The notes under the pieces were generated by a model. That model ran no database searches. It was not told where the DNA came from and saw only the letters and a list, made by a program, of their open reading frames with translations. A DNA stretch of 57,190 nt from Methanosarcinales archaeon. GTDB lineage: Archaea > Halobacteriota > Methanosarcinia > Methanosarcinales > Methanogasteraceae. Location of the stretch: positions 1 through 57,190 of the forward strand of contig JAUVWP010000001.1 of assembly GCA_030604085.1 (NCBI GenBank), in the 5' to 3' direction. The position numbers were made by a program, and so were the translations under genes. Below are positions 9,521 to 17,774 of the stretch, piece after piece; the first letter of the stretch is position 1, and each line of letters begins with the position of its first letter.

Positions 9521-10308
9521 ATGTAGAGATCGTTGAACTGGATGACCGCAAAGCAAAGTTCGTGCTTTCCGGTGTGACTCATGCGTTTGCAAACAGTTTG
9601 AGGCGCGGCATGCTCGCAGAGATCCCGACGCTTGCAATCGATTATGTGAACATCTATGACAACACGTCGGTGCTCTTCGACGAACAACTCGCACTCCGTC
9701 TTGGATTGATTCCGCTCAAAACAGACCTTGATTTGTATGTGCTCCCCTCTGAATGCGGATGCGACGGAGAGGGATGCCCTCAGTGTCAGGTTTCGCTTAC
9801 GCTGTCTGTAGAGGGTCCGAAGATAGCATATTCCACAGAACTGGTCTCTGCCGACCCATCGGTCGCGTCGGCAGAGGCGGTGCCGATCGTCAAACTGGCA
9901 GAAGGGCAGAGGATCTCGCTCGAAGCGATTGCACGGCTCGGCACAGGGCACGACCATGCGAAATGGCAGGCAGGGATTGCGTGCGGATACAAGAACGTGC
10001 CGCGCATCACCGTATCAGAGGAGTGCGATGCCTGCGGGATGTGTGTGGATGCATGTCCGCGCGACGTGCTCGTGATCGCGGATGAGACCGTGGAAGTGAT
10101 CGATGAACGTGCATGTTCACTCTGCAGATTATGCGAGAGCGTCTGCGAACTCGACTGGATCAAGGTTGAGACATATCCTGACTCGGTCATATTTACAGCT
10201 GAGAGCGATGGTTCGGTGCCGATCACCGAACTGATTATAAGGTCAGTTGACAACATCAAAGAGAGGGCAACGGCACTGGACGAATACCTCGGCATCATCG
10301 ATGCCTGA
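9517..10308 (+). CDS. rpoD: DNA-directed RNA polymerase subunit D (Rpo3) with a ferredoxin-like Fe-S domain
   Basis: [53 protein letters not shown] is the RpoD dimerisation domain. The insert carries [12 protein letters not shown] ... [12 protein letters not shown]. Its ATG overlaps the rpl19e stop as ATGA. Confidence 0.88.
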   Translation: MNVEIVELDDRKAKFVLSGVTHAFANSLRRGMLAEIPTLAIDYVNIYDNTSVLFDEQLALRLGLIPLKTDLDLYVLPSECGCDGEGCPQCQVSLTLSVEGPKIAYSTELVSADPSVASAEAVPIVKLAEGQRISLEAIARLGTGHDHAKWQAGIACGYKNVPRITVSEECDACGMCVDACPRDVLVIADETVEVIDERACSLCRLCESVCELDWIKVETYPDSVIFTAESDGSVPITELIIRSVDNIKERATALDEYLGIIDA

Positions 10309-10318
10309 TCTTATATGT

Positions 10319-10403
10319 GCGGGGGTTGCCCAGCCAGGTCAAAGGCGCTAGGTTGAGGGCCTAGTCTCGTAGGAGTCCGTGGGTTCGAATCCCATCCCCC
10401 GCA
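10319..10403 (+). tRNA. tRNA-Leu (anticodon GAG)
   Basis: Hand-folded. The acceptor stem GCGGGGG pairs with CCCCCGC. The anticodon stem CTAGG/CCTAG encloses loop TTGAGGG, giving anticodon GAG at 10355-10357. There is a long variable arm and a T-loop GGGTTCGAATCCC. CCA is not encoded. Confidence 0.88.
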
Positions 10404-10937
10404 TCACATACCAACTATTTTTGAAAGTATGGTGCGCACATACCCGATATACGGCACGCGGAAATACGCGACGCCGCCTATCCATTCCTCGCGCACGGGT
10501 TCTGTGCAGAGGTTATATTGATCATACTGCCTGTTCGTCTTTATGTTGTCGCCTTTCGTGATGTAACCGGCGTGTGGCGCAATCGGACCGCCTTCCCACA
10601 TCGGCTCGCCCGCCTCAACATAGTACATTGCGCGGTGGATGATCGGAGTTACATCGGTGCGCCCGTACTTCCGGTATAGGATCGCGTTACCATAGTCGCC
10701 AAACGTTTTGTAGCCGCTGGTCGCGCCATCTTCGTGTGTGACGATGTCGGTGCTCGGCACGTTCCGGGTGAAGACGAGATCGCCGATATGCATGTTCGGT
10801 TCCATGCTCTCTGATTCGAACGTCCACGCCGAGATCCCGAGCAGGTGCAATGATATGACTGCGAACAGCAAAGCAACCACTGCCGCCAGCGCAAAGTAGC
10901 GCAAAATCCTTGTCCGGTCTGGAGCTATATTGTTCAT
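10404..10937 (-). CDS. Archaeal-type signal peptidase I (S26B/Sec11-like), copy 1
   Basis: An N-terminal TM segment is followed by the catalytic-Ser motif ESESMEPNMHIGDLVF. I chose the ATG at 10937, which is preceded by AGGTGG; the track ORF opens at a TTG at 10961. The stop abuts the tRNA 3' end. Confidence 0.75.
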   Translation of the reverse strand: MNNIAPDRTRILRYFALAAVVALLFAVISLHLLGISAWTFESESMEPNMHIGDLVFTRNVPSTDIVTHEDGATSGYKTFGDYGNAILYRKYGRTDVTPIIHRAMYYVEAGEPMWEGGPIAPHAGYITKGDNIKTNRQYDQYNLCTEPVREEWIGGVAYFRVPYIGYVRTILSKIVGM

Positions 10938-10990
10938 GTAATCACGCCACCTGTCAACCAATTAACTTGCTATATGTGCCCGTTCTGGTA

Positions 10991-11572
10991 CTAGAACTTG
11001 TCAGCGAGTATCTCGATCGCCTTTGAGAATGCAAGGCGCACATATCCGGCATAAGGTATGCGGTAACGCGCAACACCAATCACCCACTCCTCGCGTATGG
11101 GCACGGCGCAGAGTCTACTATCTTTTTGATCAATGACCTTATTGTGGTCTCCTTTCGTGATATATCCGGCGTGTGGCGCAATCGGACCGCCCCCCCACAT
11201 CGGCTCGCCTGCCTCCACATAGTACATTGCGCGGTGGATGACCGGAGTATCCGCGGTGCTCCCGTACTTCCGGTATAAGACCACGTTACCATAGTCGCCG
11301 AACGTTTTGTAGCCGCTGATCGCACCTTCCTCCTGTGTAACGACACTGGCGCGTGATATGTCCTCGATAAAGACGATATCCCCGATCTTCATGTGCGGTA
11401 CCATGCTTCCTGACTCGATCGCCCGCATCGGCGCCCACGTCCCGAATAGGATCTGGGATAGGATCGCAAACACGAGGAGTATCTTTGCAACCGATGCGAG
11501 GTCGCGCAAGATCCCTGCCAACGTGCTATCGCTCTGGTAAAATTCTTTTATTTGATCGAAACGTTCAGACAT
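10991..11572 (-). CDS. Archaeal-type signal peptidase I, copy 2 (tandem paralogue)
   Basis: ESGSMVPHMKIGDIVF is the catalytic motif. The C-terminal half is nearly identical to copy 1 (YKTFGDYGN..LYRKYG...IHRAMYYVEAGEPMW.GGPIAPHAGYITKGD). The start is uncertain: ATG at 11572 or TTG at 11614. Confidence 0.75.
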   Translation of the reverse strand: MSERFDQIKEFYQSDSTLAGILRDLASVAKILLVFAILSQILFGTWAPMRAIESGSMVPHMKIGDIVFIEDISRASVVTQEEGAISGYKTFGDYGNVVLYRKYGSTADTPVIHRAMYYVEAGEPMWGGGPIAPHAGYITKGDHNKVIDQKDSRLCAVPIREEWVIGVARYRIPYAGYVRLAFSKAIEILADKF

Positions 11573-11628
11573 TAATATAATAGCAGTCCAGCATGATACA
11601 TAAAACTTATTCAATACCGATGCGCTAT

Positions 11629-11678
11629 GTTAAAATATCGTGGGCGCGAATGGTAACGACATAGAGCACCAAGGAGGT
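11629..11678 (+). promoter_or_regulatory. Putative TATA box (11629-11638, gttaaaatat) and Shine-Dalgarno AAGGAGGT (11671-11678) for the cytochrome gene
   Basis: An AT-rich TATA-like element lies about 55 nt upstream of the ATG at 11690, and a strong SD lies 11 nt upstream. The same AT box could serve the divergent signal peptidase gene. Confidence 0.45.
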
Positions 11679-11689
11679 ATTCGTCGGCT

Positions 11690-12733
11690 ATGAAGCGCAT
11701 AACATATCTGGTCCTGATCATCAATACGATTGTATGCGCAACCGCTCTTAACGGCTGTATCTGCCCTGATGATGCGTCTCAGGCGCCTCCATCCGACGGT
11801 AGTATATATCTCAACTCGACAAATATCGACTGCGTGGACTGCCATGCAGTGCAGTATTTTACCATAGAGGACGGGAGCGGTAGACATGCACCTCTAAACT
11901 GCACCTTCTGCCATATCCAACACGGATACCAGCCAGACTGCCTGATATGCCATCCTGATACGAATGGCACAGGCATTCAGGGGTGCGAGATCTGCCATCC
12001 GAACCCGCACGCTCCGGAGTTGCGGATCAATGATTCGCGTCTTAACGACAGTATATGCCAGCCATGCCACCTCCCGCAGTACGATGCAATTGATAAGGGC
12101 ATAGGCAGGCACTCGAAGTTAAAGTGCGATCTATGCCATGTCCAGCATGGCTACCTGCCTGCATGTGAAGACTGCCACGGACTGTTTCATGGCAGCGATG
12201 TAACAGACTGCGATGACTGCCATGATCCGCATGTGCCAGAGTCGATCGAGTTTGATTATAACAACGACAGCGAATGCGCACGATGCCACCACTCAGTCAT
12301 CGAAGAGACGTTTGCGAGAGAGCATACAGTACATGCCGATTTGTTGTGTTATATGTGCCATCCGCTACATGCAGAGACGATGATGTGCATCGACTGCCAT
12401 CCAGGGCACAGTACCGGGATGAGTATGCGCGACTGCCGCAACTGCCACCGGATCGGGCATGTTCCAACCGACATCCTGTACTCCCCGGACGCCTCGGAAA
12501 CGAAGTCCGGATTATGTGTGGACTGCCATGCAAAGCCGTTTAACAGGATGTATGAGAGCAAAAGTGAGCACCGGTACATCGAATGTGTGGAGTGTCATCC
12601 CATGCATGGTGCATTCGTCGCGTGCGCCGACTGTCATACCATGGATCTGTCTCACGGGACCGAGTGCGGAGCATGCCACGATTCTGCACACGACACGATC
12701 CCACAGACTGAGATCACGGTTTCAAGAACTTGA
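11690..12733 (+). CDS. Multiheme c-type cytochrome with 16 CxxCH motifs; putative secreted protein or lipoprotein
   Basis: 347 aa. I counted 16 CxxCH motifs: CVDCH, CTFCH, CLICH, CEICH, CQPCH, CDLCH, CEDCH, CDDCH, CARCH, CYMCH, CIDCH, CRNCH, CVDCH, CVECH, CADCH, CGACH. The N-terminal hydrophobic signal ends in the lipobox-like ALNGC. Confidence 0.9.
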   Translation: MKRITYLVLIINTIVCATALNGCICPDDASQAPPSDGSIYLNSTNIDCVDCHAVQYFTIEDGSGRHAPLNCTFCHIQHGYQPDCLICHPDTNGTGIQGCEICHPNPHAPELRINDSRLNDSICQPCHLPQYDAIDKGIGRHSKLKCDLCHVQHGYLPACEDCHGLFHGSDVTDCDDCHDPHVPESIEFDYNNDSECARCHHSVIEETFAREHTVHADLLCYMCHPLHAETMMCIDCHPGHSTGMSMRDCRNCHRIGHVPTDILYSPDASETKSGLCVDCHAKPFNRMYESKSEHRYIECVECHPMHGAFVACADCHTMDLSHGTECGACHDSAHDTIPQTEITVSRT

Positions 12734-12870
12734 GACGATTGGGGGATAATAGCCATCAAGTTTTTATGGGTCTTTGGTAACGACTCTGTCGTCGACGCTT
12801 GCGTTATTTCGCGTTGCGGTGACCAAAACCCAGGAGATTTTTGATATTTTCGAAATAGGGTTTTTTGGAA

Positions 12871-12953
12871 AACCACAGAGGACACAGAGTGACACAGAGG
12901 GGGCGAAAGATAGAAATAACAACTCTCTGTGATCCTCTGTGCTCTCTGTGGTT
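12871..12953. repeat. Imperfect inverted repeat built from CACAGAG/CTCTGTG heptads (an approximately 83-nt hairpin)
   Basis: The left arm is aaccacagaggacacagagtgacacagaggg (12871-12901). The reverse complement of the right arm (12923-12953) is aaccacagagagcacagaggatcacagagag. This gives helices of 10, 7 and 7 bp separated by small internal loops. It lies between convergent genes. Confidence 0.7.
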
Positions 12954-13161
12954 TAATCTTCCTTAACGCCGAAGGCGTCGATGCTCGATCTTGAGAATGT
13001 CGACACCGCATTACCATAACCGGATCCTCTGGAAGGGTGAATAAGTGCATGCACTCGCGAATTACCAGAGAGCCGATTATATCCACGCACTCAATACCGC
13101 GCGGTTAAAATTACATGGGCTAAAAACACAGTGCTTGACCCATCTTTTGCGCTTAAATATG

Positions 13162-14442
13162 TCACTTGCCGACCACTTCTCGCGCATCCATAACCTCGAC
13201 CACATCCAGTTCTATGACTACGACATCTGCCCCGACCACTCCTGCTAAACTCGGCACCGTCCTGCCAGAGTCCCCCGATATCAGTTCCTTCACATATAGT
13301 CCTGCTTCGCACTCGATTCTTACAACTGCAAAGTCCCCTGCGAATGATTCGAGCAGGGCAGAGCGCACCGTTCGCTTCCGCACCAGATCAGCCCTCCGGT
13401 GGATGACCCGGGTCGGAGTCCGCTGCCGGATCATGCCGATTATCTCGCCCAGTCCTAAGATCAGTGTGTCACGATCGACACCCGCGCACGAGATCGTTGC
13501 AAGATACACCTTGTCGTGCCGCGCGCCTTTAAGATTCCTGACCGTCTGGTGATCGACAAAACGTAGACCAGAGACGACGACCTTTCCTTCACAGTAAACG
13601 TTAATCGCCTGCTCGAGCCGCTCGAGATCGATCACCCATTTTCCGGGTTCGTTTACCTCGAGAACGAAGGGTCTTCCGTCCCCGAGCATGAGCGCATCGA
13701 TATCCTCTCGCCCTGCGCCGTGAAACGTGGTGTCAGCGGCATCCATCGCCTCGACGACCTTGGCCGATATCAGTTCATCCACAGACTCCTGGTACATCTT
13801 GCCTGTAAAACCGCACCGCTCGCATCCCGCGCCCCTGCACTCCCTGCAGTGCCATCTGGTCTGCGGGATGCCGCGCACCAGTTTTTGGTATCTCCCGCAG
13901 ATGTATTCTGACCTGATTTGTAGCTGAACTGTGCCCTCGGCAATCCCGAGCAGGCAGACGATGTCAGGTTCTGTGAAATTAACTTCCTTTCCTGCAGCAC
14001 TTGCTATCAGCTTGCCGACCTCGCGGTTGATCTCTGATTTAAACGGCTCAGCATGGTCTGTTCCAACCGCCTCCCACAGAAGCTCCTCATTTTCGGACAA
14101 GAGCCCGCTAAGCCGGGTACCGACGAGAAACGTCTCGTACTCGCGCCCGCCTATAGCGTCTATCGCTCTCGATGCCCATAGATCGAGTTCCTCGAAGATG
14201 CCGTTACAGACCCAGCACCGCTCCGGAATCCGAAGGTCGGGGTGCATCGGTTCGTCATCGTCACCCGTTCCCGCCATGTCCGCGGTCATCGCAAGCACCA
14301 GCCGGATCGCAGCCCCCCGCTCCCTGTTTGTAAGACCGGTTGACAGTTTTGCAAACTGCCTTCCAAGACAGTGATCGCAGATCAGCCCCTCATCGAGGAT
14401 AGCGCGTGCGATATCCGGAATTGTTTTGTCGTCACCACTCAT
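13162..14442 (-). CDS. pus10: tRNA pseudouridine synthase Pus10 (archaeal psi54/55 synthase)
   Basis: 426 aa. The N-terminal zinc ribbon reads CDHCLGRQF...CWVCNG. Further cysteines read [20 protein letters not shown]. The C-terminal catalytic region reads [17 protein letters not shown]...[18 protein letters not shown]. Confidence 0.85.
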   Translation of the reverse strand: MSGDDKTIPDIARAILDEGLICDHCLGRQFAKLSTGLTNRERGAAIRLVLAMTADMAGTGDDDEPMHPDLRIPERCWVCNGIFEELDLWASRAIDAIGGREYETFLVGTRLSGLLSENEELLWEAVGTDHAEPFKSEINREVGKLIASAAGKEVNFTEPDIVCLLGIAEGTVQLQIRSEYICGRYQKLVRGIPQTRWHCRECRGAGCERCGFTGKMYQESVDELISAKVVEAMDAADTTFHGAGREDIDALMLGDGRPFVLEVNEPGKWVIDLERLEQAINVYCEGKVVVSGLRFVDHQTVRNLKGARHDKVYLATISCAGVDRDTLILGLGEIIGMIRQRTPTRVIHRRADLVRKRTVRSALLESFAGDFAVVRIECEAGLYVKELISGDSGRTVPSLAGVVGADVVVIELDVVEVMDAREVVGK

Positions 14443-14902
14443 CAGGTATCTCGATCTCGCCGCTACCTATCGCCTGCTGCGCAGCCCCCGGTGACATCCC
14501 TTCTACGGTCACGCCCATCGGCACGCAGGTACCGATGATCTCCTTTGCTGCATTCTTCGGCGTGTACGAGAGGACTCTGTCCTTTTTCATGCGTGCGACC
14601 CGCATTACCTGCTCAACGGTCAGATCTCCAACAATCTCATTCTCTGAAGACCCTTTCTCGATCCCGAGTTCTTTTAGGATCAGTGCTGAAGTCGGGGGTA
14701 TCCCGACCTCGAGTGTCACGTTCTTGTCGGCGTCAACGATCACCTTGACAGGCACCTGCATGCCATCGAATTCCTTTGTCGCCTTATTGATGTCATCCAC
14801 GACCTGCTTGATGTTGATGCCAAGCGGTCCGAGCGATGGGCCGAGTGGCGGTCCTGCAGTCGCTTTTCCGCCGGAAACCAGTGCTTCTACGATATCTACC
14901 AT
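14432..14902 (-). CDS. rpl11: 50S ribosomal protein uL11
   Basis: [46 protein letters not shown] is typical L11. The gene overlaps the pus10 start by 11 nt. Confidence 0.9.
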   Translation of the reverse strand: MVDIVEALVSGGKATAGPPLGPSLGPLGINIKQVVDDINKATKEFDGMQVPVKVIVDADKNVTLEVGIPPTSALILKELGIEKGSSENEIVGDLTVEQVMRVARMKKDRVLSYTPKNAAKEIIGTCVPMGVTVEGMSPGAAQQAIGSGEIEIPDEW

Positions 14903-14997
14903 TTTAGGATCACCTTATGTTTTACATGCAATTCGAGCGATTGGGTGATAATAGTTTCGGAGGTTTCGGCGAGACTTTCTAATCGAATTCGCCTCAA

Positions 14998-15741
14998 TCA
15001 GCCCAATGCCCCTGTGATGTACTCAACCCTCTGCGGCGCCTCCACGACCGGGACACGCCCGTACAGCCCAATGTGCCCATCAAGGAGGATCAGACCTCCT
15101 GTGATCGCCTTAACTCCTTTTAGAATCGAGAATGCATCTTTGATCGATGCAACATCGATTGCCGCGTTCCCAACAGCAGTGGCTGCCGCATCCGCGAGCG
15201 ACACGTCGCCCGAGAGGATCGTTGCAGCATCCGCGTTTCCGAAACTGATCGAATGTCCGATCCTCCCGGATGATGTGCATATTCCGAGAATGGACTCACG
15301 CGGCTCTATCTCAAGCCCGATGCTGACATCGTCCGTTCTTCCGGAATATATCCCGACGATGACCGTCTCATCGTTGACGAGAGCGATATCGCCGCCGTTA
15401 TCCACGATCGCATAAGTAGCACCGGCATCCACCATCGCTTCCACCGCGATTGCCGCAATCGTGCCTGCAACCGCGCTCATCGGTCTAATACCGACCGCAC
15501 TGCCGGCATCCCCCATCCGCACCGCGATCTCAGGAGCACTTTTTCGGCAGTGGTATTCGTCGAGGGTGGATGCGAAGAACGGGTCTCTACGGATGAATCT
15601 TTCCAGATCGCGTCTGCATGATTCGATCGCATGTTTTGCGACCGGGAGGTACTGTTCCTCTGAACTGATGGTTACGATGGTCTCTTTGAGCTGGAAACGT
15701 TCTCGCTGGTGCTTGCTTTGTGGTGCACAATAATTATGCAA
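14998..15741 (-). CDS. UPF0280-family (ApbE-like fold) protein
   Basis: 247 aa. ERFQLKETIVTISSE...VAGTIAAIAVEAM...AIVDNGGDIAL...ICTSSGRIGHSISFGNADA resembles the methanogen UPF0280 family as I recall it. The track ORF opens at a TTG. Confidence 0.55.
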   Translation of the reverse strand: MHNYCAPQSKHQRERFQLKETIVTISSEEQYLPVAKHAIESCRRDLERFIRRDPFFASTLDEYHCRKSAPEIAVRMGDAGSAVGIRPMSAVAGTIAAIAVEAMVDAGATYAIVDNGGDIALVNDETVIVGIYSGRTDDVSIGLEIEPRESILGICTSSGRIGHSISFGNADAATILSGDVSLADAAATAVGNAAIDVASIKDAFSILKGVKAITGGLILLDGHIGLYGRVPVVEAPQRVEYITGALG

Positions 15742-16014
15742 TCTGTCGATCTCCTTTCAACTTCCCCCGCGCCTTGATACATTCATCGATCCAGTTTCTC
15801 AGAAGAACATTTGAACTGACACCCTCTTCAAGCGCTATCCCGCGCAGAGACCTCACGCGACCTCGCCCATGGGAATAACCAAAACACCTTTATCTCGATT
15901 AAATTCAACCTCTGCCTCATCATCTTTCATATCTTCAAAATATTCGGCTGAATCATGGGTATCCCAGAATTCCCGCATTTCTTGTTCCGTCCTGAATTTT
16001 GAAATCTTTGCCAT
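15734..16014 (-). pseudogene. brnA: BrnA-like antitoxin, frameshifted near 15853
   Basis: The N-terminal part (16014..15856) ends ...KGVLVIPMGEVA*. The ribbon-helix-helix-like C-terminus RSLRGIALEEGVSSNVLLRNWIDECIKARGKL continues in a different frame from about 15853, with its stop at 15734-15736. The hand translation is described in the findings. Confidence 0.6.
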
Positions 16015-16296
16015 AATTATACTATCACCTCTTAAGGTATAATCTTCTTTCGCGCTTTTGGCTATATCGCTCGTAGTGACCACTCGAGCAACTCCTTTCC
16101 CGAGATACAAATATACGACAAACAGATATCGTCCACTGCTTGTTTGACCGTAAACATATCGCGTACCATCCCTCCCAACCCTGAAATACGGGTCACCAAT
16201 GAACACATCTTCAGCCTCGAATTTGGTTACATTATGTCGCTCTCTGATGTGCTTTTCATTTCCTTTATCCCATTTAAATTCTTTTATTTTAATCAA
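15853..16296 (-). CDS. brnT: BrnT-like (DUF497) toxin ORF reading in frame into the N-terminal half of its BrnA-like antitoxin
   Basis: The toxin part is FKWDKGNEKHIRERHNVTKFEAEDVF...GRYLFVVY...ARVVTTSDIAKSAKEDY, a BrnT pattern. With no intervening stop the ORF continues into MAKISKFRTEQEMREFWDTHDSAEYFEDM, a BrnA N-terminal pattern. That segment has its own ATG at 16014, preceded by AGAGGTGAT. Confidence 0.7.
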   Translation of the reverse strand: MIKIKEFKWDKGNEKHIRERHNVTKFEAEDVFIGDPYFRVGRDGTRYVYGQTSSGRYLFVVYLYLGKGVARVVTTSDIAKSAKEDYTLRGDSIIMAKISKFRTEQEMREFWDTHDSAEYFEDMKDDEAEVEFNRDKGVLVIPMGEVA

Positions 16297-16452
16297 GCGG
16301 TTAATACCCCTCCAGTTTTATAGTCAATCCTGGCTTGCCCACTGCTTTTTACCCCCGATCACCGACTCCACCACCAATCACATCTACCCCCTTTTTCAGG
16401 GGACGTAGCTCCCGCCAGCATATACAATCTCCGTTCGGACTTTCAACTGCCA

Positions 16453-17703
16453 TTATGATCGCGGATCTGCAATCTCCCCTCGAATCGCGCTCACCGCGGC
16501 AGTCTCGACCGATGACAAGTAGATCTCCGAATTGTTGTTCCCCATCCTGCCCAGGAAGTTCCTGTTCTGCGTGGATAGCACCTTCTCCTCGTTGCCGAGC
16601 GCAACCGTCCGTCCGATGCAGAATCCGCATCCGGGCGCGCATACGGCAGCACCTGCTTCGACGAGTGTAGAGACGAGCCCCTCTGAGATCGCCTGCAAGA
16701 GCACGCTCCTGCTCGCAGGATACACGACCAGCCGTGTCCCCGCAGCCGCCTTCCTGCCCGCAAGCACGCGTGCGGCAATCCGCAGGTCCTCGATCCTCCC
16801 GTTGGTACATGATCCTATACAGACCTGATCAAGCGCTATTCCAGCGTACTTGCTCACCGGGGCTACGTTATCGACGCGATGCGGGGCAGCGATCTGCGGC
16901 TCGATGTCATCAGCAGGTATCACGATCTCGGATGCGTAATCCGCCTCTGGATCGGGGGTTAGCGGCGCGTACTCATCAGATCTGCCGTAACGCGCAAGAA
17001 ACTCGCGTGTCTTCTCATCAGCAGCGCAGAGTCCGCATTTCCCGCCTGCTTCGATCGCCATGTTGCTCATAACAGCCCTTGACTTCACACTCATATCGCC
17101 TACCGCGCTTCCGAGAAACTCCATCGATATGTATGTTGCGCCATCCGCGGTGATCCTGCCGCAGAGATACAGGAATACGTCCTTCGAATAGACATGCGCA
17201 CCAAGGTCCCCCTCGACCTCGATCCTGTAACTCGTTGGCACCTTCAGCCACGCCTTCCCGTACGCCATGATCGCTGCCATGTCAGTCGATCCCATGCCTG
17301 TCGCAAACGCGCCGAGCGCGCCATGTGTACACGTGTGGCTATCAGCGCCGATGATTACCTTGTACGGGGCTGCGTGCCGTTCGAGCACGATCTGGTGGCA
17401 CACGCCGTCGCCGTTCTCGTAGAACGCAATCCCGTTCTCTTGCGCGAATCTCCGCATCATGATCTGGACGTTTGAGACCTGCTCGCTCGGGGACGGTGAC
17501 GCATGGTCGCAGACCGCGATCACTTTTTCGGGATCGTGGACGGTTCTTGTCGCAAGTTCGTCCTCCATCAACTGGATCGCAAGCGGAAGCGTGCCATCGT
17601 GCGCGAATGCAAGATCCACAGGCACGACGATCATATCATTCGGCAAAACGTCTCTTCCGGTCTTTCTGGACAGGATCTTCTCTACCATTGTTTGTGTGGT
17701 CAT
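16453..17703 (-). CDS. Aconitase-family dehydratase large subunit (3-isopropylmalate dehydratase LeuC or homoaconitase HacA)
   Basis: 416 aa. Motifs seen: VDLAFAHDGT, DHASPSP, IGADSHTCTHGALGAFATGMG, CIGSCTNGRIEDL and APGCGFCIG (Fe-S ligand cysteines). Confidence 0.88.
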   Translation of the reverse strand: MTTQTMVEKILSRKTGRDVLPNDMIVVPVDLAFAHDGTLPLAIQLMEDELATRTVHDPEKVIAVCDHASPSPSEQVSNVQIMMRRFAQENGIAFYENGDGVCHQIVLERHAAPYKVIIGADSHTCTHGALGAFATGMGSTDMAAIMAYGKAWLKVPTSYRIEVEGDLGAHVYSKDVFLYLCGRITADGATYISMEFLGSAVGDMSVKSRAVMSNMAIEAGGKCGLCAADEKTREFLARYGRSDEYAPLTPDPEADYASEIVIPADDIEPQIAAPHRVDNVAPVSKYAGIALDQVCIGSCTNGRIEDLRIAARVLAGRKAAAGTRLVVYPASRSVLLQAISEGLVSTLVEAGAAVCAPGCGFCIGRTVALGNEEKVLSTQNRNFLGRMGNNNSEIYLSSVETAAVSAIRGEIADPRS

Positions 17704-17774
17704 GGTTATCTCCGGCGAAAGTCCTTATATCACCGAAACATAGATAAATGGCTACCCAACAATTGGAGGTAATC

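Noticed and set aside
12652-13086. 144-aa minus-strand ORF in the cytochrome/pus10 intergenic region.
   Set aside because: It runs through the CACAGAG-heptad hairpin (translated as ...LCHSVSSVV...) and overlaps the cytochrome gene 3' end. It is most likely a by-product of the repeat element.
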